From the NCBI GenBank assembly GCA_028716665.1, contig JAQUPP010000002.1, forward strand, positions 75,717 to 139,716: 64,000 bases of DNA, written 5' to 3'. Origin of the DNA: Patescibacteria group bacterium (GTDB lineage: Bacteria; Patescibacteriota; Patescibacteriia; UBA2591; JAQUPP01). The number at the start of each line of letters is the position of its first letter. The stretch's first letter is position 1. A model generated the notes under the pieces. It was not told where the DNA came from, made no database searches, and saw nothing but the letters and a program-made list of their open reading frames with translations. Both the position numbers and the translations under genes were made by a program. Positions 18,906 to 26,895 of the stretch are shown in pieces.

Positions 18906-19115
18906 TTATTTAATGACTTTATTCAAATCTTTCAATAATTCTCCAAGATTTAATTCATATCTTTCGGCTATCATACCGATTCTTAATTTATCCATTTCAA
19001 AACTGGCCATTGGACAGCTTAAACAGGGTAAATTATATTTCATTAAAATTTTTTCCGCCTGGGGATGGCTCAAAATTTCTTTTAAAGTTGTTTCTTCAGT
19101 TATTTTATTTGTCAT
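18906..19115 (-). CDS. DUF1858-like small protein (CxxC), hydrogenase-associated
   Basis: ITEETTLKEIL.HP...IL.KY.LPCLSCP...E.L...A..Y.L; ATG 19115 preferred. Confidence 0.7.
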   Translation of the reverse strand: MTNKITEETTLKEILSHPQAEKILMKYNLPCLSCPMASFEMDKLRIGMIAERYELNLGELLKDLNKVIK

Positions 19116-19126
19116 AATTTTATTTT

Positions 19127-20380
19127 TTAATGGACGGCGCAAGAAATGCATAAATCATAAGCTCTGACCAGCATTTCTATTTTTTGCCGTTTTTGATTAG
19201 GGGATAATTTTTTTAAACTCGGAATGAATGTTTCCAGGTCTTTTTCCAAATTAAACAGAAATTGAGCAGTCGGAGTAATAATATTGGCCTTAACGATTTT
19301 GCCCTGATTGTCTATTTGATAAGCGTGAATCAGTAGTCCTCGCGGCGCCTCACAGGCTCCGACTCCATATCCGGCTTTAATTTTATAAGATACGCGATAG
19401 ATTTTATTTTTTGATTTCAAATGCTTTTGCAGAAGTTTTTGAGTTTCTTCAATGAGATGGATTATTTCTATCATTTGGGCAGTTACATTATGGAAGGTAT
19501 TATAACAAGGCAACTCAAGTCCTAATTTTTTCATTGCTTGGCGGGCATTTTTATTGAGTTTATTGCCGGCGATATTCAATCTGGCTAATGGCCCGACCAA
19601 ATAAGGCTGCTGATTGCGTTTCACCATGTTTATTATTTCATTCGCTCGTTGAAATTCAATTAATCCTGAGCTGTATTTCTGGGCCGGAATTGATAATTTT
19701 TCCGAAGAAGAAATATTGCCTTCATAGATTGCGTATTCTTTGTTATTTTTAAGTCCGACAAATTCAGTTTTTCTGGAAAATTTATTGATTTTTATTTTTC
19801 CAAACCAGTCAGATAAATCAATGGCGCTGGCTAAAATTTCCGGTTGTTTTTCCAAAAGTTTTTTTAATTTTTCCTGATTCGGAGCTTTTAAAAATCCTCC
19901 GATATTGGCTGACATCGGATGAACCGAACGGCCGCCGATTGTTTCAATCAATTCATTGCCGAATTCGCGAATTTTAATGATATTTTGAAAGGCCGCGGAA
20001 TGTTTTGACATCAAATCCAAGCTGTTTTCCAAGCCAAGATAATCAGAAGAGGCCATTAAAATATGAAGAGCGTGACTTTGAATAATTTGTCCATTAAGCA
20101 TTATTTTTCTTAAATTCACGATTGGCTCGGGAATTTTTATTTTTAAAGCCGCTTCAAGCGCTTTGGAGGCGGTGATACAATGAACAGCCGGGCAAAGTCC
20201 GCAAATTCTGGCCGTAATCAGCGACGCTTCTTCAATTGGCCGGCCAATAAGAATGCCTTCAATTAATCTCGCTCCTTCTTTAACCTCCATTCTGGCTTTA
20301 AGTATTTTACCGTTTAAAATATTCGCTTCCATGCCCGCGTGGCCCTCAATTTTATTTATGTGTTTAATGGTTAAGTTCAT
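19127..20380 (-). CDS. hydA: [NiFe] hydrogenase large (alpha) subunit, group 3b-like
   Basis: KIEGH, L1 RICGLCPAVH, EAPRG, L2 AYDLCISCAVH*; true start likely 20380 (MNLTIKH). Confidence 0.92.
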   Translation of the reverse strand: MNLTIKHINKIEGHAGMEANILNGKILKARMEVKEGARLIEGILIGRPIEEASLITARICGLCPAVHCITASKALEAALKIKIPEPIVNLRKIMLNGQIIQSHALHILMASSDYLGLENSLDLMSKHSAAFQNIIKIREFGNELIETIGGRSVHPMSANIGGFLKAPNQEKLKKLLEKQPEILASAIDLSDWFGKIKINKFSRKTEFVGLKNNKEYAIYEGNISSSEKLSIPAQKYSSGLIEFQRANEIINMVKRNQQPYLVGPLARLNIAGNKLNKNARQAMKKLGLELPCYNTFHNVTAQMIEIIHLIEETQKLLQKHLKSKNKIYRVSYKIKAGYGVGACEAPRGLLIHAYQIDNQGKIVKANIITPTAQFLFNLEKDLETFIPSLKKLSPNQKRQKIEMLVRAYDLCISCAVH

Positions 20381-20424
20381 AAGCTTACTAAGTTGATAAG
20401 TATATAAGTTAATAAATTGATAAA
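20379..20424. repeat. 8-9 nt tandem array, downstream arm flanking the four-helix-bundle gene
   Basis: On the minus strand: tttatcaa tttattaa cttatata cttatcaa cttagtaag cttat(g). Confidence 0.75.
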
Positions 20425-20778
20425 TTATTTTTGAACTTTTATCCAAGAATTTAACATTTTGCTTACTTCTTCGGTTAAAATAATAATATCTTGATATTTT
20501 GTTTCATCGATATAAGTTAAATCTTTTGATAATAATATTTGATATCTCGTTTCTTCTAATGAACCATTGGCAATCATGTAAAAATGAATTCGATCTTTTA
20601 ATGTTGTTCTTCTAAAACCCTCGACAATATTGGAAGCAATAGATACTGCCGCTCTTCGCAGCTGGCTAGATAAACCATATTTTTCTTCTTCAGGGAATTG
20701 TTTGGTAATTTTATAAATTTTTAAAACCAATTCGTGAGCTTTCTGCCAAACCTTAATGTCTTGAAAACTTTTAATCAT
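20425..20778 (-). CDS. Four helix bundle protein (23S rRNA IVP / bAvd-like family)
   Basis: SFQDIKVWQKAHELV..IYK.T..FP.EEKYGLSSQLRRAAVSIASNIVEG...F..IA.GSL.ET.YQ. Confidence 0.93.
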   Translation of the reverse strand: MIKSFQDIKVWQKAHELVLKIYKITKQFPEEEKYGLSSQLRRAAVSIASNIVEGFRRTTLKDRIHFYMIANGSLEETRYQILLSKDLTYIDETKYQDIIILTEEVSKMLNSWIKVQK

Positions 20779-20840
20779 ACTTATCTGCTTAGTTAGCTTA
20801 ATTACTTATTAACTTATCTGCTTAGTTAGCTTATCAGCTT
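20779..20840. repeat. 8-9 nt tandem array, upstream arm flanking the four-helix-bundle gene
   Basis: On the minus strand: aagctgat aagctaact aagcagat aagttaat aagtaatt aagctaact aagcagat aagt; complementary to the downstream arm. Confidence 0.8.
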
Positions 20841-21611
20841 CTTAAATTCGTCTTTAACGCCGAATTTTTCCAAAAGATTGTTTAAATCTTCATCGCTTAA
20901 TCCTTGTCTTTTAAAAATTTTTATTAAATTTTTTGCCGCCGGTTTGGATAAAAATCCGCGGCAAGCTGAACAAATCTCTCCGCTTTTTAAGCAAATTGCT
21001 TGGCATCCGCCCAAAGTAATCGGCCCGAGGCAGGGGAGTCCTTTTTGGAGCAGGCAATCATATTCTCTGATTTGGCATTCATAACAAACCGGTCGTTGAG
21101 GAATACATGGTATTTTACCGACTAATAATGAAGCGATTATTTTGGCAATTTCTTTTTTATTCGGCGGGCAACCGGGTATTTCCAAATCTATTTTTACATA
21201 CTCTTTTAAGGGTTTAATTAATGGGTTCTCAATATTTTTTGTTGATTTATAAATCTGTTTAATTAGTTTTTCTCTGTCGCGATAGTTTTTTATTTCCGGA
21301 ATTCCTCCAATGCAAGCGCAAGCGCCTATGGCGATTAAAAATTTGCTTTGTTTTCTAAATTGTTCTAATGTTTTGAGATTTTCTTTTGTTACCACCGAAC
21401 CCTCAACAAAAGCAATGTCAAATTTTGTCGGTGATTTACCGCTTTTTACCAAAGGAAATTCAGTTATTTGCAGTCGATCAACGACGCCCTTGAGAAGTTG
21501 TCCCAGGTTGATAATTTCCATTAAACAGCCGTTACAGGCGGTTAAAGAAATAATGGCAACAGTTGGTTTTTCCCGCCCTAGGCGGGTCGGCTTTGAGTTG
21601 ATATTTATCAT
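20826..21611 (-). CDS. hydD: [NiFe] hydrogenase small (delta) subunit
   Basis: TACNGC, VEGS, IGACAC.GG, PGCPP, VCYEC...CL..CLG...C.A.C...C.ACRG. Confidence 0.9.
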   Translation of the reverse strand: MININSKPTRLGREKPTVAIISLTACNGCLMEIINLGQLLKGVVDRLQITEFPLVKSGKSPTKFDIAFVEGSVVTKENLKTLEQFRKQSKFLIAIGACACIGGIPEIKNYRDREKLIKQIYKSTKNIENPLIKPLKEYVKIDLEIPGCPPNKKEIAKIIASLLVGKIPCIPQRPVCYECQIREYDCLLQKGLPCLGPITLGGCQAICLKSGEICSACRGFLSKPAAKNLIKIFKRQGLSDEDLNNLLEKFGVKDEFKKLIS

Positions 21612-21643
21612 AGTAATTATTTTTTTAGAAACACTCAGACAAT

Positions 21644-22285
21644 TTAATTTGTCTGAGTGTTTATGAATTCAAGGGCTCTTAAGGTGCTTTCAAGTAAACT
21701 TTTTTTCTTGGAAGAGTCAAGAATTTGTCGCGCTGTTCTCCAATGTATTGAGATCCAATCGTTGATTTTAAGATTTGGCAAGAGCTTCGGATACCAATTT
21801 ATTTCTATCCTTACTTTTTCGCCAAACGAAATTTTATCCTTAAATTCTAACGGCTGGACTTCTACCACAATTTTTTTTACCAATGACCCTTCTTTTTTGA
21901 TTTCTTTAACTTCACCAAAAGAAATCATGCAATCTTCTATACCGTACTTGATTAAAGTTGGTATCTCGGAAGGTTTTATTTTTGGCATATTGTTCAGGAC
22001 CGTGAAATTGTGATTCAAGGCACTGTTTTTTTGACTTGTCCATTTATATCCAAGCCAATAAGCCTCAATTACCTTGGTGGTGTACGGATTACTGATTTTC
22101 AAAAGCTTAGCAATTGTTCCGTAATAACAGGTGGGTTTCAATTTTGGGAGCGCCTCTCTTGCTTCATATCGGAATTTTTTTCCATTTGAGGCGATAAATT
22201 TTTTGAAAATTTCCGATGTTTTCAACTCTTTATCGCGTTGGCATCCCCAGGAATAAATTGCTGCTAAAATTTCGCCCTTTAACAT
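21644..22285 (-). CDS. DUF6390-like hydrogenase-associated protein
   Basis: VIEAYWLG, NHNFTV, DCMISFGEV, DWISIHW pattern recalled for DUF6390; strong SD; coupled to hypC. Confidence 0.55.
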   Translation of the reverse strand: MLKGEILAAIYSWGCQRDKELKTSEIFKKFIASNGKKFRYEAREALPKLKPTCYYGTIAKLLKISNPYTTKVIEAYWLGYKWTSQKNSALNHNFTVLNNMPKIKPSEIPTLIKYGIEDCMISFGEVKEIKKEGSLVKKIVVEVQPLEFKDKISFGEKVRIEINWYPKLLPNLKINDWISIHWRTARQILDSSKKKSLLESTLRALEFINTQTN

Positions 22286-22500
22286 TTTTTACCTCCTTTG
22301 CCCTTTTGGGGCTTTAAAATTTTTAAAGACTCTTTCGCTTCTTTTTGAGATATTTTTTTAACCGCAAATCCATTTTGGGCTAAAATATAATCTCCCTTTT
22401 TAAGTTTCGGCACTAAAGAAATATTTATTTCTTTATTACTGTCCGTTAAAGCTTTATCTTTATTTATCTTAATGATTTTTTGAGGGTTTGCAAGGCACAT
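22279..22500 (-). CDS. hypC: HypC/HupF family hydrogenase maturation chaperone
   Basis: MCLANP N-terminus, ISLV..LKKGDYIL..NGFA..KI...EAKE. Confidence 0.88.
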   Translation of the reverse strand: MCLANPQKIIKINKDKALTDSNKEINISLVPKLKKGDYILAQNGFAVKKISQKEAKESLKILKPQKGKGGKKC

Positions 22501-22559
22501 ACCAAATTTTTTAAAATTTTAAGTTATTCATAACGCGAAAATTTTACTAAAAATTTGAG

Positions 22560-22641
22560 TACCCGCCCAGATTTTTCATTGAAAAACTTGGGCGGGTAAC
22601 GATTTTGTTGCTCCGACTTAACGTCCGGAGACAAAATCGTT
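22560..22641. repeat. Two adjacent GC-rich hairpins inside the hydrogenase operon
   Basis: tacccgcccag..cttgggcgggta and aacgattttg..ctccg..cggag..caaaatcgtt. Confidence 0.6.
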
Positions 22642-23449
22642 AAATCGCTCCAGGAATATTTTTTAATTCTTGATAAGAAAAAATTGGGCCGTGCTTGCAG
22701 GCATATTTTGAACCAATACTGCAATGTTGGCAAACGCCGATTCCGCAATGCATTCTTCGTTCCAAAGACAGAAAAATATTCGCGTCATCTAGTCCGGCTT
22801 GTTTTAATTTTTGAATGACAAATTTATACATTACCGGTGGGCCGCATAAAATGGCGGTTGCGCTGCTGTCAACTTTTATTTTATCAAAAAGGGTGGTAAT
22901 CAACCCGACATTTCCTTTCCAATTAGGACATTGTTTGTCCAAAGTGAGCGCCAAATTGGCGGATTTTTGCCAAGTTTTATATTCGTCTTTAAAAATCAAA
23001 TCTTTTGCCTCGCAAGCCCCGTAAAAAATTTGCATTTTGAAATTTTTATTATTCTGATTGGCCAAAATTAACGGTCTTAAAGGAACTAGTCCCAAGCCAC
23101 CGCCGATTAAAAGAATGTTGCCGGTCAGATTTTCGGGAAAGCCATTGCCAAAAGGTCCGCGAACAGTCAGCTGGTCGTTGATTTTTAATTGATGTATTTT
23201 TTTGGTTAATTGGCCTGCCTTGCGGACGCAAATTTGAAAATTTTTATTACTGTCATCCGGATTAGAGCAAACGGCAAAAGGCGCTTCAGAAAAAGAGGGG
23301 AGTCCGACTTCAATAAATTGGCCGGGAATAAATTTAAAATTTTTCTGATCTTCTTTATTTTTTAATTGCAAAGTAAAAAGTATGACTTCAGGCGTCTGTA
23401 TTTTGATATTTTTAATAACTGCAATTTTGGGAAGATAAGAATTTAACAT
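22640..23449 (-). CDS. hydG: Hydrogenase gamma subunit (FAD/NAD(P)-binding, [2Fe-2S])
   Basis: F.PGQF, RGPFGNGF, GGGLGLVPLR, CGPPVM, LERRMHCGIGVCQHC, C.HGP. Confidence 0.88.
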   Translation of the reverse strand: MLNSYLPKIAVIKNIKIQTPEVILFTLQLKNKEDQKNFKFIPGQFIEVGLPSFSEAPFAVCSNPDDSNKNFQICVRKAGQLTKKIHQLKINDQLTVRGPFGNGFPENLTGNILLIGGGLGLVPLRPLILANQNNKNFKMQIFYGACEAKDLIFKDEYKTWQKSANLALTLDKQCPNWKGNVGLITTLFDKIKVDSSATAILCGPPVMYKFVIQKLKQAGLDDANIFLSLERRMHCGIGVCQHCSIGSKYACKHGPIFSYQELKNIPGAI

Positions 23450-23452
23450 AAA

Positions 23453-24460
23453 TTATTTTTTATTTTTTATGCTTTCTAATACTTCGTGAATCTTAATGCC
23501 GGCCGGGCAAACCATGGAGCATCGGCCGCAGCCAACACAGCCGGGGAAATTATATTCATCTGGGATGCGAACGAATTTATGATAATACCAATTGTAAATT
23601 CTCTCAGCCGTATTTTTTAAAAATTTATGACCGCCGGTTATTTCGGAAAATTCGGCGTAAAAACAAGAATCCCAGCATTTTTTTCTCATTCCCTCGTCTT
23701 TATTTAAGCAAGGTTGATCCGCCAAGCTGAAACAAAAACAAGTCGGGCAGACAATCGTGCATTTTCCGCATTCAATGCATCTTTGATCAAGATTTTGCCA
23801 AATATCGGTTTCAAGCGAGCCGGGCATTTTTTCTTTTATTTTTGTCATTTCCGGATTAGCCCCTTGTTCTTTAATCGGGCCGGCGTATTCAATGTGTTCA
23901 AAATCAGATTTCCAGCCGCTTTGTTTGGTAAAATCGTTTAAAATTTGCTGGCCCTTTTTAGAACCGGTAAAAATTTTAAATTCAGAAGATTTTTTTTCTT
24001 TTGCTTGACCTAAGAAAATATCAAATTGCAAATGTTCCAAAATATCTTCTTCGTATTTATCTTCCCAAACTTTGAAAGACAGAGATTGAAATTGGGGGAT
24101 TTGAGATTGCCCGATAATTAAAGTATTGTTTAATCTGGCTTGATAATACGGATCTTTTTCAAAAACTTGATTATAAAGCAAAATGGCTTTAAGATCAAAA
24201 ATGCTGACTCCGATTAAAGCTTGCTTAAAAGCGGTTAAATCAGCCTTAAAATCGTCTTTTTTGTATTTAAATAAAATCTCCCGTGAAGGCACGAGAAATT
24301 TTTTAAAAGAATATAACGGTAATTGGCCGGAAAAATCAAGCTGAGACGGCTCGTTAATCGGTTTAATCAAAATTTGTCCGTCTTCTTTTATTGGACCAAT
24401 AACAATATAGTTTTTTTCTTGAAGCCATTTAATGAATTTTTGCAACTGTTTTTTATCCAT
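23453..24460 (-). CDS. hydB: Hydrogenase beta subunit (4Fe-4S dicluster, AsrA-like)
   Basis: CIECGKCTIVCPTCFC, WDSC, HKF, GCVGCGRCSMVCP; ATG 24460 (MDKKQL) preferred. Confidence 0.88.
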   Translation of the reverse strand: MDKKQLQKFIKWLQEKNYIVIGPIKEDGQILIKPINEPSQLDFSGQLPLYSFKKFLVPSREILFKYKKDDFKADLTAFKQALIGVSIFDLKAILLYNQVFEKDPYYQARLNNTLIIGQSQIPQFQSLSFKVWEDKYEEDILEHLQFDIFLGQAKEKKSSEFKIFTGSKKGQQILNDFTKQSGWKSDFEHIEYAGPIKEQGANPEMTKIKEKMPGSLETDIWQNLDQRCIECGKCTIVCPTCFCFSLADQPCLNKDEGMRKKCWDSCFYAEFSEITGGHKFLKNTAERIYNWYYHKFVRIPDEYNFPGCVGCGRCSMVCPAGIKIHEVLESIKNKK

Positions 24461-24461
24461 A

Positions 24462-24579
24462 CCAGGTAGTGATCCGCCCATAATTTTACAATAAAATTAT
24501 TAAGGAGGACAATATTTTTTTATTTTAGATAGATTTTATCTATATACCAAGTTGTAATTTTTGGCGGACTACTACCTGG
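24462..24579. mobile_element. 118-bp inverted-repeat element on the hydB start codon with TATG duplication
   Basis: cata-[ccaggtagt...tccgcc...ggcgga...actacctgg]-cata; related element at 57924-58135. Confidence 0.7.
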
Positions 24580-24588
24580 CATAATTTA

Positions 24589-24616
24589 AACATACCAGAT
24601 TTATTAATTTTGTCAA
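24589..24616 (-). promoter_or_regulatory. Probable promoter of the hydrogenase operon
   Basis: TTGACA-16-TATGTT with extended TG on the minus strand. Confidence 0.5.
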
Positions 24617-24630
24617 AATTTTATTCTTGA

Positions 24631-24691
24631 CCCCGCACCTTTTGGCGATGGTATTTTTTAAATGCGAAGCATGTCGCCAAAAGGTGCGGGG
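24631..24691. mobile_element. 61-bp hairpin element with 18-bp perfect IR and TTGA duplication at a -35 box
   Basis: ttga-[ccccgcaccttttggcga...tcgccaaaaggtgcgggg]-ttga(ca). Confidence 0.75.
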
Positions 24692-24720
24692 TTGACATTT
24701 TCAAAAAATTTTGCTATTAT
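24692..24720 (+). promoter_or_regulatory. sigma70 promoter of ORFan cassette
   Basis: TTGACA-17-TATTAT with extended TG; AAGGAGGT SD before ATG 24778. Confidence 0.7.
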
Positions 24721-24777
24721 AATAACAACCAAATAATTAAGTTTGGGGATAGTAGTACACCAAAAAGGAGGTGGAAA

Positions 24778-25227
24778 ATGAGAATAAGTTTAAGCAAAGA
24801 GGACTTTACAACTTTAGTCATATTGGCTCTTTTAGTCATATTAACTTTTCTATTGGTATGGCAATGGCAAATTACTTTGCTAATAACTAAAGGATTAGCC
24901 CTTCCATTAGCCATAATTTATGGATTGGCAACATGGGAATTAAAAGTTAAGCCCCTTTCTCCACGCAGTATTTTTGAAGAAAACTATAAGACAGAAATAA
25001 CTCAAAATGGGATGGTTGGATTCTGGACATGTTTATTGATATTCTTCTTAGCAGCGACTATTACGGATGTTTTAGGTACAATGGGTATAATGACTATGGG
25101 AGATTTATTAGAAACAAAGCATAAATGGCCATGGTTTATAGCGATTGATGTTATTCTTATAGTCTGTCTGTTTATTTCAAAAAGAAGACGGGATAGCCTA
25201 CCATTGAACTCAAAAGAAAAAACTTAA
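24778..25227 (+). CDS. Hypothetical membrane protein (about 4 TM)
   Basis: Hydrophobic ORF, own promoter/SD/terminator. Confidence 0.7.
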   Translation: MRISLSKEDFTTLVILALLVILTFLLVWQWQITLLITKGLALPLAIIYGLATWELKVKPLSPRSIFEENYKTEITQNGMVGFWTCLLIFFLAATITDVLGTMGIMTMGDLLETKHKWPWFIAIDVILIVCLFISKRRRDSLPLNSKEKT

Positions 25228-25240
25228 TTCTCAAAAAACA

Positions 25241-25273
25241 AAAGGTCTTCCGATAGTATTTCGGAAGACCTTT
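25241..25273. terminator. Bidirectional intrinsic terminator
   Basis: aaaggtcttccga / tcggaagaccttt. Confidence 0.75.
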
Positions 25274-25286
25274 AAAATTAAAAAAT

Positions 25287-25724
25287 TTACTTTTTTCCGG
25301 TTGAGCCGAAACCGCCGCGGGATTTTTCGCTGATTTTTTCCGTTTCTTGCCAAACAACTTTTTTTACCGGGATAATCAAACCTTGAGCAATCCTTTCACC
25401 AACTTCTATTTTTACCAATTTGGCGGAAAAATTATAAGCGGCAAAATTTATTTCATCTGCTGGACCATTAAAATCCTGATCAACAATGCCGATATTATTA
25501 GCCATCATCAAGCCTTTTTTAAATGTTCCGCTTCGGCTGGCAATCAAAAGAAAATGGCCGGCCGGTACTTTGATAATCAGATTGGTCGGTAAAAGTTTAA
25601 TTTCTTGAGGTTTTATTTCTGCGGCAATTCTGGAATAAATGTCAAAAGCTGCGGCGCCTTTTGTCTTGTATTCAGGCAAGGGGAGTGATTTGTCAATTCG
25701 TTTGATTTTTATTTTATTGCTCAT
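25287..25724 (-). CDS. dut: dUTP diphosphatase
   Basis: AAFD, RSG, GIVDQDF.G, RIAQG, RGGFGSTG. Confidence 0.93.
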   Translation of the reverse strand: MSNKIKIKRIDKSLPLPEYKTKGAAAFDIYSRIAAEIKPQEIKLLPTNLIIKVPAGHFLLIASRSGTFKKGLMMANNIGIVDQDFNGPADEINFAAYNFSAKLVKIEVGERIAQGLIIPVKKVVWQETEKISEKSRGGFGSTGKK

Positions 25725-25730
25725 ATTTTT

Positions 25731-26339
25731 TTAATGACTCTCGCTCAAAACAATTTCCATTGCTTCCTGGGAAACGCCGAAAATCGGAGCCAAAGGTATT
25801 GCTAAATAAGAATTTTGCGATTTATCATCTGAGATTTTAATAAATTCAGGATTTTGTTTTAATTGGTCAATCAATTTCTTCTTTTCAATTTCCAATTTTT
25901 CGCGCGGCACCAGCAAATAGCCGGCGAATTTGTTGGCTTGGGTTTCCAAATATCCGTATTGCTCAGCCGGTATTTGTTCAACCAATTCGTAAAGCTTATA
26001 AATATTATTCAGTTTAAAAGCGCTGTAAATGTCTTTGTGCAGAATATAATGTCCTATTTCATGAGCAAATGAAAATCTTAATCTGTTTTGCTGCCGATCG
26101 TCTTTATACATGTCGGCGTCAACATAAAGAGTTTGCCAATTAAAAGAAATATGCGCGTCCATATCGCAGTCGCGCCTTAAATTCGGAATGGGAATAATTT
26201 GAATTTTTAATTTACCATCTATAATTTTTTCAATGTCCACCGGCAACAATTCTCCGCAATATCTGTCCCGAAATTCATCTGCCGCTTTTTTAATTTCTTC
26301 TTTACTTATAAATGGCACCCTTATATCGCAATAATCCAT
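25731..26339 (-). CDS. ImmA/IrrE family metallo-endopeptidase
   Basis: R.RFSFAHEIGH, E.QANKFAGYLLVP, LA..FGVS. Confidence 0.88.
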   Translation of the reverse strand: MDYCDIRVPFISKEEIKKAADEFRDRYCGELLPVDIEKIIDGKLKIQIIPIPNLRRDCDMDAHISFNWQTLYVDADMYKDDRQQNRLRFSFAHEIGHYILHKDIYSAFKLNNIYKLYELVEQIPAEQYGYLETQANKFAGYLLVPREKLEIEKKKLIDQLKQNPEFIKISDDKSQNSYLAIPLAPIFGVSQEAMEIVLSESH

Positions 26340-26347
26340 ATTATTTT

Positions 26348-26725
26348 TTAGGCATTTCTGATTAATTCTATCAAACGATCAATTTCCACTTTGGTCGGTT
26401 TCTCGTTTCTTAAAGTTCGGAAAAATACCGGCAAATATCCAACGGCATCACCTTGAGATAAAATATCTTCCGGGATAATGCCCTGATTTATTTGCGCTTC
26501 GTCCGTGAATTCTTGTAATTCTTTTTCATTTCCGGAAAGTCCCAATGCCTTGGCCCATTTAATCAATGTGTTAGCGTCCGCCGGGGGAGAGATTCGCCCT
26601 CTTTCTATCTTGCTCCAATTGCTCGGATCATAATTGACCAATTTGCATACTTCTCTCAAACTAAGATCATTTTTAATTCGTAATTCTTTCAAAGTTTCGC
26701 CGAATTTTTGCAAGTTTTTATTCAT
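26348..26725 (-). CDS. XRE-family helix-turn-helix regulator
   Basis: FGETLKELR...LSLREVC....DPSNWSKIERG..SPP. Confidence 0.88.
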   Translation of the reverse strand: MNKNLQKFGETLKELRIKNDLSLREVCKLVNYDPSNWSKIERGRISPPADANTLIKWAKALGLSGNEKELQEFTDEAQINQGIIPEDILSQGDAVGYLPVFFRTLRNEKPTKVEIDRLIELIRNA

Positions 26726-26762
26726 AAATTTATTGATTACGTTTTTTATTTTTAAAATTGAC

Positions 26763-26801
26763 CTGTGGTATAACTATACCACAGAAAATAAAAAAATACA
26801 A
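26763..26801 (-). promoter_or_regulatory. Promoter of XRE-immA with palindromic operator over the -10
   Basis: TTGTAT-17-TATAGT (extended TG); ctgtggtata-ac-tataccacag perfect 10-bp IR at 26763-26784. Confidence 0.65.
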
Positions 26802-26895
26802 ATATCTTGTGGATAACTTTTTGATTCTTAAATAGCTATAAAATTTGAGTTTTCATCTGATGAAATAATTAGAAATTTTCATTTTATTTTAATTT

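Noticed and set aside
20381-20446. N-terminal extensions given by the ORF track for hydA, hydB (24481), the ATPase (270), rpsJ (33849) and MltB (50361)
   Set aside because: The extensions run through repeats, hairpins or promoter elements; downstream ATGs fit the family N-termini.
20425-20778. Diversity-generating retroelement (Avd-like gene)
   Set aside because: No reverse transcriptase or TR/VR pair is present in the window.
26808-26816. Replication origin from DnaA-box-like words (also near 9631 and 32474)
   Set aside because: The boxes are isolated, with no cluster and no dnaA/dnaN nearby.
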